Positions 24,957-33,157 of a stretch of DNA of 64,000 bases are shown piece by piece (the stretch's first letter is position 1; the number at the start of each line of letters is the position of its first letter). Position numbers and translations under genes: made by a program. Below the pieces are notes generated by a model. It saw nothing but the letters and a program-made list of their open reading frames with translations, was not told the DNA's origin and searched no databases. The stretch is from an uncultured delta proteobacterium (GTDB taxonomy: Bacteria > Desulfobacterota > Binatia > Binatales > Binataceae): positions 2,144,001 to 2,208,000 of the forward strand of contig CAWEEQ010000004.1 of NCBI GenBank assembly GCA_963808235.1. Direction: 5' to 3'.

Positions 24957-26147
24957 ATGGGAAGCGAAAATCTCAGCGAGACGAGGCAACATGCCGGGCG
25001 GCGTCGCGCAGTGCTGCATCTGTTGACCGGCAAAGTATTTGGCGGCGCGGAGGAGCATGCACTGTCAATCCTGACCGGGATGAGCGCGTACGGATTCGAG
25101 CCGTATCTGGCGGCGCCGAGCGAGCTTATCGAATCGATGGAGCCGGCGCTTACTGACGCTGGCGTCAAGTGCATGAGGCTGCAGTTTTCGTCGCGACTCG
25201 ATGTGCTGTCGGGTGCGCGACTGCTGCGCTTCATCCGGCGCGAAAATATCGCGCTGGTGCATTGTCATCTGTTCACTGCGAGTTTGCACGGGGCTGGAGT
25301 CGCGCGGATGGCGGGCGTCGACGGGGTGATCGAGACCTGTCACGGTCCCGAGGTCTGGCGGATGGGGAAAGGACTGCGCGGCAGCTTCTGGGTGGATCGG
25401 CAGGTCGGACGGCTGGTGGATAAGTATGTCGCGGTGTCGCACGCGGCGGCGCGCCATCTGATCGAAACGAAGGGAGTGCCGAAGAGCAAAATCCGGGTCA
25501 TCCACAACGGGCGCGATCTGGATCGTTTCGCTCCAGCGGACACGCAGCGGGGCATCGCGACTCGCGCGGCGCTCGAGCTGGACGATGAACCGACGATCCT
25601 GACGCTGGCGCGGCTGGAAGATCAGAAGGGTCATCGGCATCTGATCGATGCGCTCGCGATGCTGGCTGCGCGCCGGCCAAACCTGGTCACGCTGCTCGCG
25701 GGCTCGGGTCCGCTCGAGCATCTATTGCGCGCGCAGTGCGCGGCGCTGGGAATTGCCGATCGCGTACGCTTTCTCGGCTATCGGCGCGACGTGGCGGAGT
25801 TGCTCGAAGCGGCTGACCTGGTCGTGTTGCCATCGCTATACGAAGGTCTTCCGCTGGTCGCTATCGAGGCGCTGGCGGCGGGACGCGCGATGATCGCGAC
25901 GGAAGTCGACGGCACACCCGAAGTTGTGATCCATGAAAAAACCGGGCTGCTGGTGCCGCCCGCGAATCCTGTGGCGCTGGCGGCGGCTATAGAGCGATTG
26001 CTCGACGATCCGGCGTTGGCGTCGCGGCTGGCATCGCAGGGACGCAAATTCGTGCAACAAAACTTCGCACTGCAACGACAAATCGAACAGACGGTGGCGC
26101 TCTACGCAGAGCTGACCGGTCTGGGGAGGAAAGGCGAAGCTGCCTAG
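24957..26147 (+). CDS. Glycosyltransferase family 4
   Basis: GGAEEH, VIHNG, ARLEDQKGH, FLGYRRDV and PSLYEGLPLVAIEA motifs. Confidence 0.95.
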   Translation: MGSENLSETRQHAGRRRAVLHLLTGKVFGGAEEHALSILTGMSAYGFEPYLAAPSELIESMEPALTDAGVKCMRLQFSSRLDVLSGARLLRFIRRENIALVHCHLFTASLHGAGVARMAGVDGVIETCHGPEVWRMGKGLRGSFWVDRQVGRLVDKYVAVSHAAARHLIETKGVPKSKIRVIHNGRDLDRFAPADTQRGIATRAALELDDEPTILTLARLEDQKGHRHLIDALAMLAARRPNLVTLLAGSGPLEHLLRAQCAALGIADRVRFLGYRRDVAELLEAADLVVLPSLYEGLPLVAIEALAAGRAMIATEVDGTPEVVIHEKTGLLVPPANPVALAAAIERLLDDPALASRLASQGRKFVQQNFALQRQIEQTVALYAELTGLGRKGEAA

Positions 26148-26169
26148 GGGGCGCGCGTCGGGGGTCTGA

Positions 26170-27300
26170 ATGCTCGCGGGGATTTTTTACATTGCAGCAG
26201 CACTGCTGCTGTACGCGTACGTGCTTTACCCGCTGGTGCTGATCGCACTGGCGGCGGGCATGGGCGACAGCGATAATCGCGCCAATTCATCGAGCGGCGG
26301 CGCAGATGTGCCGTCGTTGTCGGTGATCGTAGCGGCGTACAACGAAGAGAGCTGTATCGCGGAAAAGATCGAGAATTTCCTCGCATGCCGCTACGCGGGC
26401 ATCGCGGAGATGATCGTGGTGTCGGACGGGTCGAGCGATCGGACCGCGGAAATCGCAAAATCGATGGAGAGTGAGCGGGTGCGCGTGATTGCGAATCGCT
26501 CGCGCGCGGGCAAGGGAGTCGCGGTGAATGCGGGCGCGGCGGCCTCACGCGGAGAAGTGCTGGTCTTCACCGATGCGAACACTTTGTTCGCGGCCGATGC
26601 GCTGGAAAACGTGGCGCGGCCGCTGCGCGACAAATCGATCGGATTGGTGACCGGAGTATCGCGCTACCTGGATGGGGCAATCGGGTCGGCATACCAGCGC
26701 TACGAGCAGATGCTGAAGGCGATGGAGTCGCGGCTGGGCGTGGTGGCAGGGGCTGACGGCGCACTGTACGCGATGCGAAAGAACCTGTTCAAGGAAATGG
26801 ATCCAGCGCTGATCAATGATTTCATGCATCCAATTCTGGCGTCGCTGCAAAACACGAACTCAGTGATGTCGCGCGACGCGGTCTGCTTCGAAGAATTCAC
26901 GGCGGCGAGCGAATTCGCGCGGCAGGTGCGGATGGTCTCGCAGGCGGCGGCGGTTTATTTCCGGTTTCTTCCGGAGCTCATCCGCAAGGGCCGCTGGCGC
27001 TCGATCCTGGTGCTGACCTCGCACAAGATGCTGCGCTGGCTGACGGCGCCGATTCTGGCGATCGCAATAGTGACGACGCTGGCGCTGGCGGATCGGGGCG
27101 GAATCTACCGAATCGCGCTCACCGGAGAGATTTTGTTCGCAATCGTCGCAGGCTTGGGGCTCTTCGCGCGGCGGCGCGGACTGGAAGGAAAATTGACCTT
27201 CGCGTACCAGTTCGTCGCGCTGAATTGCGCGCAGGCGGTCGGGCTGTGGCGATGTTTTTTCGGGGAAATTCCCGCGGTCTGGGAACCAAGAAATCTTTAG
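26170..27300 (+). CDS. Glycosyltransferase family 2 (membrane-associated)
   Basis: SVIVAAYNEE, SDGSSD, FTDAN, GALYAMR and SHKMLRW motifs. Confidence 0.93.
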   Translation: MLAGIFYIAAALLLYAYVLYPLVLIALAAGMGDSDNRANSSSGGADVPSLSVIVAAYNEESCIAEKIENFLACRYAGIAEMIVVSDGSSDRTAEIAKSMESERVRVIANRSRAGKGVAVNAGAAASRGEVLVFTDANTLFAADALENVARPLRDKSIGLVTGVSRYLDGAIGSAYQRYEQMLKAMESRLGVVAGADGALYAMRKNLFKEMDPALINDFMHPILASLQNTNSVMSRDAVCFEEFTAASEFARQVRMVSQAAAVYFRFLPELIRKGRWRSILVLTSHKMLRWLTAPILAIAIVTTLALADRGGIYRIALTGEILFAIVAGLGLFARRRGLEGKLTFAYQFVALNCAQAVGLWRCFFGEIPAVWEPRNL

Positions 27301-27317
27301 GAGGGTGGGGGGAACGG

Positions 27318-28376
27318 TTGAGCGTTGTAGTTTGCAGTGAAGATCGGCGCGCCGATTGGGACGAACTGATTGCGCAGTGCGCTGACGCAACCTCGGGCCA
27401 TCTCTGGAATTGGCGCGAGGTGGTCGGCTCGGCGTATGGGTTCGATTCCTTCTACCTGCTCGCTCAGGACGGACGCGACCGTCCGATCGCCGCGGCGCCG
27501 TTTGTTTTCATGCGCAGCTTTCTTTACGGCAACGAACTCGCGTCGATGCCCTACATCGATTACGGCGGGGTCTGTCATGCTGACGGGCTTGATTCCGCGC
27601 AGCGCGAGGCGGCGAACGCCGAGCTGATCGCCTATGCGCGGACGCTCTCGGGAAAGCTCGGTGCGAAGCGGCTGCATATCCGCAGTTTGCGCAAACTTGA
27701 GCCGCCATTTGAAATCAGCACAGAGAAAGTGACGCAGCATCTGGCGCTCGCATCGACCGTCGAGGAGCAGATGCGTCGGCTGCCTTCGGAGCGGCGCAAT
27801 CGGCTGAGGCGCATCGAAAAGCTGGGACTCAACGTTGACTTGAGTGACCCCGCCGATCCGGTCGCGCAGGCTCAACTGTGCGCGATCTATTCGGAGAATA
27901 TGCGCGACCTCGGATCGCCGACGCATAGCAGGCGCTTCTTCGCCCAACTCGTGCACCATCTGCGCGATCGGCTTTCGCTGATTCGCGTGCGCAGCAAGGG
28001 GCGCGTCGTCGCGGCCGGCCTGGCAATGAATTTCCGCGGCTCGATGATGCTTCCGTGGACGGGCGCCACCGCGGAGTCGCGTCCGGTATACGGCACCAAC
28101 GCTCTATACTGGGCCGGGATACAACTCGGCATCGAATCGGGATGCCACACTTTCGATTTCGGGCGATCGACGTTCGGCTCGGGCATCTTTGAATTCAAGC
28201 GCCAATGGGGCCCGACTCCGGTGCAGCCGTATTGGAGCACGCTGTATCTCTCGCCGCGGGCCGCGGCGCCGCGCGGGCGCAAGAGCCTGCAGGCGATCAG
28301 CCGTCTCTGGCGTTATCTGCCGCTCAGCGTCGCCAGCGCGGTGGGACCGGGGCTTAGACGGGGGATCTCAAATTGA
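27318..28376 (+). CDS. FemAB-related GNAT protein (type associated with XrtA/PEP-CTERM EPS loci)
   Basis: SMPYIDYGG, NMRDLGSP and FDFGRS...GIFEFKRQWG motifs; TTG start after a G-rich RBS. Confidence 0.88.
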   Translation: MSVVVCSEDRRADWDELIAQCADATSGHLWNWREVVGSAYGFDSFYLLAQDGRDRPIAAAPFVFMRSFLYGNELASMPYIDYGGVCHADGLDSAQREAANAELIAYARTLSGKLGAKRLHIRSLRKLEPPFEISTEKVTQHLALASTVEEQMRRLPSERRNRLRRIEKLGLNVDLSDPADPVAQAQLCAIYSENMRDLGSPTHSRRFFAQLVHHLRDRLSLIRVRSKGRVVAAGLAMNFRGSMMLPWTGATAESRPVYGTNALYWAGIQLGIESGCHTFDFGRSTFGSGIFEFKRQWGPTPVQPYWSTLYLSPRAAAPRGRKSLQAISRLWRYLPLSVASAVGPGLRRGISN

Positions 28377-29197
28377 GTTCAGTTGCGGCAACGCGATTTG
28401 GTATCGAGAAAGCTGCGGGCGAGCCCTCGCGCATCCGCCGCAATGCGTATCGCTTGATCGGCGAGATTCACATCCCAGGACGGATTCGGCTGGGCCACGT
28501 GTTCCGCGAGATCGACGCGCTGGGCCTGCCGGAAAGCGGCGTGCGGATGCTCGATGCGGGCACCGGGCGCGGCGATATCGCGCTGCACTGCGCCCGGCTC
28601 CATCCGGATTGGCAGGTTCATGGAATCGATCTGCTCGATGAGCGCGTGGAGCGCTGTCTCACGGCGGCGGGAAACTTGAAGCTGGGCAACGTTACGTTCA
28701 GCCGCGACAACCTGCTCAACCTGGCGGAGAAGTCGAAATACGATCTGATCACCAACACCGACGTGCTCGAACACATCGAGGACGATCGCGGTGCGATGGC
28801 GAATCTCGCGGGGGCGTTGGCGCCCGGCGGATATCTGCTGTTGACCTTTCCCTCGGTGCCGCAGCGCCGCCATCTGCGCATGGTCACATGGCGCGAGCGC
28901 CGGATCGGATTCAAGCCCGAGGACATCGGGCATGTGCGTCCGGGCTACTCGCCGGAGATGATTAACGGGTTGGCGCGCGAGGTCGGGCTCGAGCCGGTCA
29001 AGACGGTCTGGACGTACGGGCCGTTCGGCAATTTCGCGCACGACATTTTTTTCGTGCTCGGAGACAGCAAGCCGAATCCGATCGTATTCGCCGCCGCCCT
29101 GCCCTTTCTGCTCGCGCTGAGTTTTCTCGAGCTTCACACTCCGACCCGGCATGGTTCCGGGCTGCTCGCGATCGTGAGGAAGCCGGCAATCCGATGA
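28373..29197 (+). CDS. Class I SAM-dependent methyltransferase
   Basis: LDAGTGRG, DVLEHIEDD, LAPGGYL and GHVRPGY motifs. Confidence 0.9.
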   Translation: MSSVAATRFGIEKAAGEPSRIRRNAYRLIGEIHIPGRIRLGHVFREIDALGLPESGVRMLDAGTGRGDIALHCARLHPDWQVHGIDLLDERVERCLTAAGNLKLGNVTFSRDNLLNLAEKSKYDLITNTDVLEHIEDDRGAMANLAGALAPGGYLLLTFPSVPQRRHLRMVTWRERRIGFKPEDIGHVRPGYSPEMINGLAREVGLEPVKTVWTYGPFGNFAHDIFFVLGDSKPNPIVFAAALPFLLALSFLELHTPTRHGSGLLAIVRKPAIR

Positions 29198-30327
29198 AAG
29201 CAAATATTTTCGTGCTAATGGATGCGCTCGGCTGGGAATGGATCAAAGATCATCCGTTCCTGAAGGAGGTTGCGCCCTTCCGGCGTCCTCTCGATTCCGT
29301 ACTTGGATTCAGCACCGCCGCGATTCCATCGATACTCACCGGGCGATTTCCGCAAGAGCACGGACGTCTCTCGTTGTTCCATCGCGCCAACGGACACTCG
29401 CCATTCTCGAAGCTGAGCCTCATCTGCGCGATGCCTGCGCGGATGGTCGAGAATCGTTACGCGCGCTTCGCGGTGAAAACGATCGCCCGGCGGATTAATC
29501 ATCTGAGCGGATATTTCCAGCTTTACGGCGTGCCGCTGAGCTACCTGCCGAAGCTCGACGTGTGCGAGAAGCGCAACATCTATGCACCCGGCGGAATTCC
29601 CGGTTCCACGTCCATTTTCGACCTGCTCGAGCGCAGCGGCACCTCCTACAAGGCCTACTGCTATCACGACGGAACGGATCAGCAACTGCTGGCAACTATC
29701 GAAGCGGACTTACGCGCGGGAGAGGCGAAATTCTATTTTCTGTACCTGGCGGAGCTTGACCATTTTCTTCACCTGCACGCCGATGATCGCGCCGGCGTCG
29801 CTGAAGTACTGAACAAATATTCGGCCGCGCTCGCGCGCTTGCACCAGATCGCACTGAAGACTTATGGCGCCGCGGATATTCACGTGTTCGGCGATCACGG
29901 AATGGCGCCGACTGTGGCGACGTTAAATATCCAGGCCATGCTGGCGGCGCTTCCGATTAGCGCGCCCGCCGATTACATGTGCCTGCTGGATTCCACGATG
30001 GCGCGTTTTTGGTTCTTCTCCGACCGCGCCCGAACTCTGGTGACGGCAGCTCTGAAAGAGGTCGATGGTGGAAGATGGCTCGAATCCGCCGACCTCAAGG
30101 AGCTTCGCGCGTGGTTTCCAGATGGGAAGTACGGCGAACAGATTTTTCTGACTGAGCCCGGAACGGTAATCGCACCGAGTCACATGGGCGTGCAGGCTCC
30201 GGCCGGGATGCACGGTTTTCACCCAACGGCGCCGCATTCGCGGTCGGCATTCGTGTCGAGCGTCGATCACGGCGACAGCATCAATCAGATCACAGACATA
30301 TTCGGCGTTATGAAGGCGCAAATATGA
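29194..30327 (+). CDS. Alkaline phosphatase superfamily protein (type I phosphodiesterase/nucleotide pyrophosphatase-like)
   Basis: MDALG, FSTAAIPSILTG, ELDHFLH, GDHGM and GMHGF metal-ligand motifs; no signal peptide. Confidence 0.88.
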   Translation: MKANIFVLMDALGWEWIKDHPFLKEVAPFRRPLDSVLGFSTAAIPSILTGRFPQEHGRLSLFHRANGHSPFSKLSLICAMPARMVENRYARFAVKTIARRINHLSGYFQLYGVPLSYLPKLDVCEKRNIYAPGGIPGSTSIFDLLERSGTSYKAYCYHDGTDQQLLATIEADLRAGEAKFYFLYLAELDHFLHLHADDRAGVAEVLNKYSAALARLHQIALKTYGAADIHVFGDHGMAPTVATLNIQAMLAALPISAPADYMCLLDSTMARFWFFSDRARTLVTAALKEVDGGRWLESADLKELRAWFPDGKYGEQIFLTEPGTVIAPSHMGVQAPAGMHGFHPTAPHSRSAFVSSVDHGDSINQITDIFGVMKAQI

Positions 30328-30342
30328 AGCGGGGGCGCGGCT

Positions 30343-31251
30343 ATGATACACGCAGAAATTAGTCACGCGACATTGATTCACCTCACGTCGTTAGTGATGG
30401 CGATCGGCGCCGTATGCGAGGAAGGCTACGTGCGGCTGCGGAAAAACTTCAGCCACTGGCGCGTGCCGAGTGGCATCGTCGAGGATCTCGTCGATCATCG
30501 AAGCACGGTCAGCTTCCGGCGCGGCGCGATGGTATTTCTCGAAGGATCGCCGGGCGACTTATTCGGATGCGTGCTGGCCGGTTACGTGAAGGTGTATTGC
30601 AACGCGGCCAATGGCACTCGAGTGCTCGCGCGGCTGGCGGGTCCGGGTGACATAGTCGGTTACGCGGATTGCGAAGACGGCAGGGGGCGGCGGTCGAAGA
30701 TATTTGAGACGCAGGCGCTGACTAAGTGCTCGATTGCGCTTTTCACCCGAGAGCGGGCGGTACGGCTCCTGCGCACGCTTGACCCCGATCAGGCTATAGA
30801 GCTCTACCAATCGTTAAACTCGTTCTGGTCGTTGACGCTCCATTGGTGGACGAGTTTTCTTGGCTTGTCGTTCCAACAGCGCCTGGAAGTCGTGCTAGGT
30901 GATCTAGGCCGACGGGTAGGTGTCCATGACAATCGTGGCACGGTCATAATTCCTGAGCTGTCACAAGCCGATTTGGCAGAGATGATCGCGAGCTCGCGAC
31001 CGCTGGTCAGCCGGCTTTTGAATGAAATGGAGGGCCGTGGTCTGGTTCAGCGGCGCGGGAAACAGTATGTTCTATTGAACGGCTGGGACTCCAGGGAACA
31101 TGGTTTCGCGCGGATGCAGAGTCCGCTAGGTGAGGAGCCGCGCTCGGCGGAGCCGGCTGGGCAGCAGCACTATGGCCGGCTTGCGGTCGTCGGCGAGCGG
31201 CCGGGGGATACGAGGGGAAGGACGACGCTAAGTGGTGTGGCGGGAAAGTAG
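30343..31251 (+). CDS. Crp/Fnr family transcriptional regulator
   Basis: cNMP-binding fold (VFLEG, GYVKVY, GPGDIVG) and HTH LSQADLAEMIASSRPLVSRLLNE. Confidence 0.9.
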   Translation: MIHAEISHATLIHLTSLVMAIGAVCEEGYVRLRKNFSHWRVPSGIVEDLVDHRSTVSFRRGAMVFLEGSPGDLFGCVLAGYVKVYCNAANGTRVLARLAGPGDIVGYADCEDGRGRRSKIFETQALTKCSIALFTRERAVRLLRTLDPDQAIELYQSLNSFWSLTLHWWTSFLGLSFQQRLEVVLGDLGRRVGVHDNRGTVIIPELSQADLAEMIASSRPLVSRLLNEMEGRGLVQRRGKQYVLLNGWDSREHGFARMQSPLGEEPRSAEPAGQQHYGRLAVVGERPGDTRGRTTLSGVAGK

Positions 31252-31255
31252 TTTG

Positions 31256-31909
31256 ATGAGAATTAGTGCGATCGAGTTCGCCGCCGATATTGCGAGCGGG
31301 GATGCGGCGTTGTTCGGAATAATTCTGCTCGCGGTCGCGATTTCAATGTCGACGGCTGCGTGCAGCCTGTTCAATTCCACTCCGGTGCGGCAGACAGTCG
31401 TGCCCCGCGCGACTGGAAAGAACGCCGATCCTTACATTATCGGCCGCGACGATGAGCTCGAGATCATCGTCTGGACCCAGCCGCAGCTCAGCGGCAAGGT
31501 TATCGTCGCGTCGGACGGAACTATCTCGATGCCGCTGATTGGGCGGGTCCCCGCCGCCGGTCTTACGCCGGACCTGCTCAAAGTGGACCTCGAGAAGCGC
31601 TACGCGCGCTACGTTCATGGGGCGAATGCTACGGTGCGAGTGAGCGATCCGGCAAGCCACGTGTTCTACGTGCTGGGCGAGGTGAACAAGCCGGGGGTGT
31701 ACAAGCTGCATTCCGGCGAAGTACTTTCGCAGGCGCTGGCAGAGGCTGGTGGTTTGGGTCAATACGCGGATTCGGGGAAGATCCGGATTCTACGCCATAG
31801 AGAAACTGAGACCGTTGTTCTGACGGTCAACTACAACGTGGTAAGGTCCGGCGGCGATCAATCCGCGGACATACCAGTCGAGCCTGGAGACACGGTCTCT
31901 GTGCCATAG
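31256..31909 (+). CDS. wza: Polysaccharide export protein (Wza/OPX family, short form)
   Basis: Lipobox-like TAAC; YIIGRDDELEI, DGTISMPLIG, VLGEVNKPG and ALAEAGG (PES and SLBB motifs). Confidence 0.92.
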   Translation: MRISAIEFAADIASGDAALFGIILLAVAISMSTAACSLFNSTPVRQTVVPRATGKNADPYIIGRDDELEIIVWTQPQLSGKVIVASDGTISMPLIGRVPAAGLTPDLLKVDLEKRYARYVHGANATVRVSDPASHVFYVLGEVNKPGVYKLHSGEVLSQALAEAGGLGQYADSGKIRILRHRETETVVLTVNYNVVRSGGDQSADIPVEPGDTVSVP

Positions 31910-31921
31910 GTTAAGCAGGGT

Positions 31922-33157
31922 ATGCGGCAAAGCATTCGACTTACTATCCCACGCATCGTTGCAGTCCTGGTCCTGGCTATGCCTGCCGTGGCACGCGCTG
32001 ATGCAAGCCTGTTCCGCCTCTATCCCGAAGCGCAGCTGAGCGGATTTTATTCCGACAATATCCCGCTTAGAACGAACAACGGAGAGGGGGACTTCGCGGG
32101 ACTACTGGTGGCCGGCTTTTACCTGGACTATACGTCGGCGGCCAGATACGCGTCGTTGCACTGGGACACCTATGCCCAGTTGTTCGCCCATCAGAGCAAA
32201 TTCGATCGCGCCGGCGAAGGTCAATTTGTAAGAGGGACGGACTACGAGAATTTGTCGCCGACAACGAAGCTACGGTTCGATGATTTCTACTATCGCGACG
32301 CGCAGACCCCGGTTGTGATCACGACCAGCGACCAGGCTCCGCAACTCAACCCGATGCTGGCGATTGCGTTGCTTGCCGGCGATACCTCGTCAGCTAACCA
32401 CTTCAGTGCGGATTTGTACCACGACTGGGGACGCAACTGGTACAGCGAGCTGAGCGTTCATCAGACTACTTACTGGTTCGACTCGCAGAACGGCAGGCAG
32501 ACTAGCACCACTTATAGCCAACTGGTCAGCGCCTTCCTGGAATATCGGTTTAGCGAAAAATTTTCCGCCGGGCCGGGTTATCGCTTCTACGACTTCAGAT
32601 TTACCGAACCCGGAGAACCTGGCGCAGAGGCGCATTGGCCGTTCCTGCGAATTCAATGGTTACCGACGAAACAGATTCTGTTTCAGGGTAACGTCGGCCC
32701 CGTCTATTCCTACACGTTTGGGACGGACCGCCAGACGGTGAATGTGGCCGGAATCGGGTTGTTAGAATATCGGTTTCATCGCGGCCGGTTCAGCGTCTAT
32801 GGCGGCCAGGAACCTGAAGTGACTCCCGGACTCGGTGGTGCAGGCATCCTGAGACTTGTCACTGGCCATATTTCCTATGAAGTCACGCGTCGTATGACTG
32901 CTGGCTTCGGGGCCGCCTTCTACGACTCGAGTAGCAACAGGGTCGACGGTCAACTCATAACCTGGGGACCTTCATTGATCGATCGACTCAACAATTGGCT
33001 TACCGTTTCCACTCGTTTTGTGCAGGTTCGCCGCAACCTGAGCGGTCCTTCCCAGTTCCTGCCCGAAGATAACATGCAGGGAACGGAGGCAGTCGCCAAT
33101 TACATTGTGGTGGGGATGAGTGTTTCGTTCGAAGCGTTCCGTTGGAGTTGGCAATGA
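31922..33157 (+). CDS. EPS-associated outer-membrane beta-barrel protein
   Basis: Signal peptide, YSDNI N-terminal motif, alternating aromatic beta-strands; lies between wza and wzc. Confidence 0.75.
   Translation: MRQSIRLTIPRIVAVLVLAMPAVARADASLFRLYPEAQLSGFYSDNIPLRTNNGEGDFAGLLVAGFYLDYTSAARYASLHWDTYAQLFAHQSKFDRAGEGQFVRGTDYENLSPTTKLRFDDFYYRDAQTPVVITTSDQAPQLNPMLAIALLAGDTSSANHFSADLYHDWGRNWYSELSVHQTTYWFDSQNGRQTSTTYSQLVSAFLEYRFSEKFSAGPGYRFYDFRFTEPGEPGAEAHWPFLRIQWLPTKQILFQGNVGPVYSYTFGTDRQTVNVAGIGLLEYRFHRGRFSVYGGQEPEVTPGLGGAGILRLVTGHISYEVTRRMTAGFGAAFYDSSSNRVDGQLITWGPSLIDRLNNWLTVSTRFVQVRRNLSGPSQFLPEDNMQGTEAVANYIVVGMSVSFEAFRWSWQ

Noticed and set aside
28379-29203. Long antisense or off-frame ORFs (also 6151-7515, 12440-13465, 50411-51418, 61398-62789)
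   Set aside because: Expected in high-GC DNA overlapping well-supported genes; Arg-rich and without motifs
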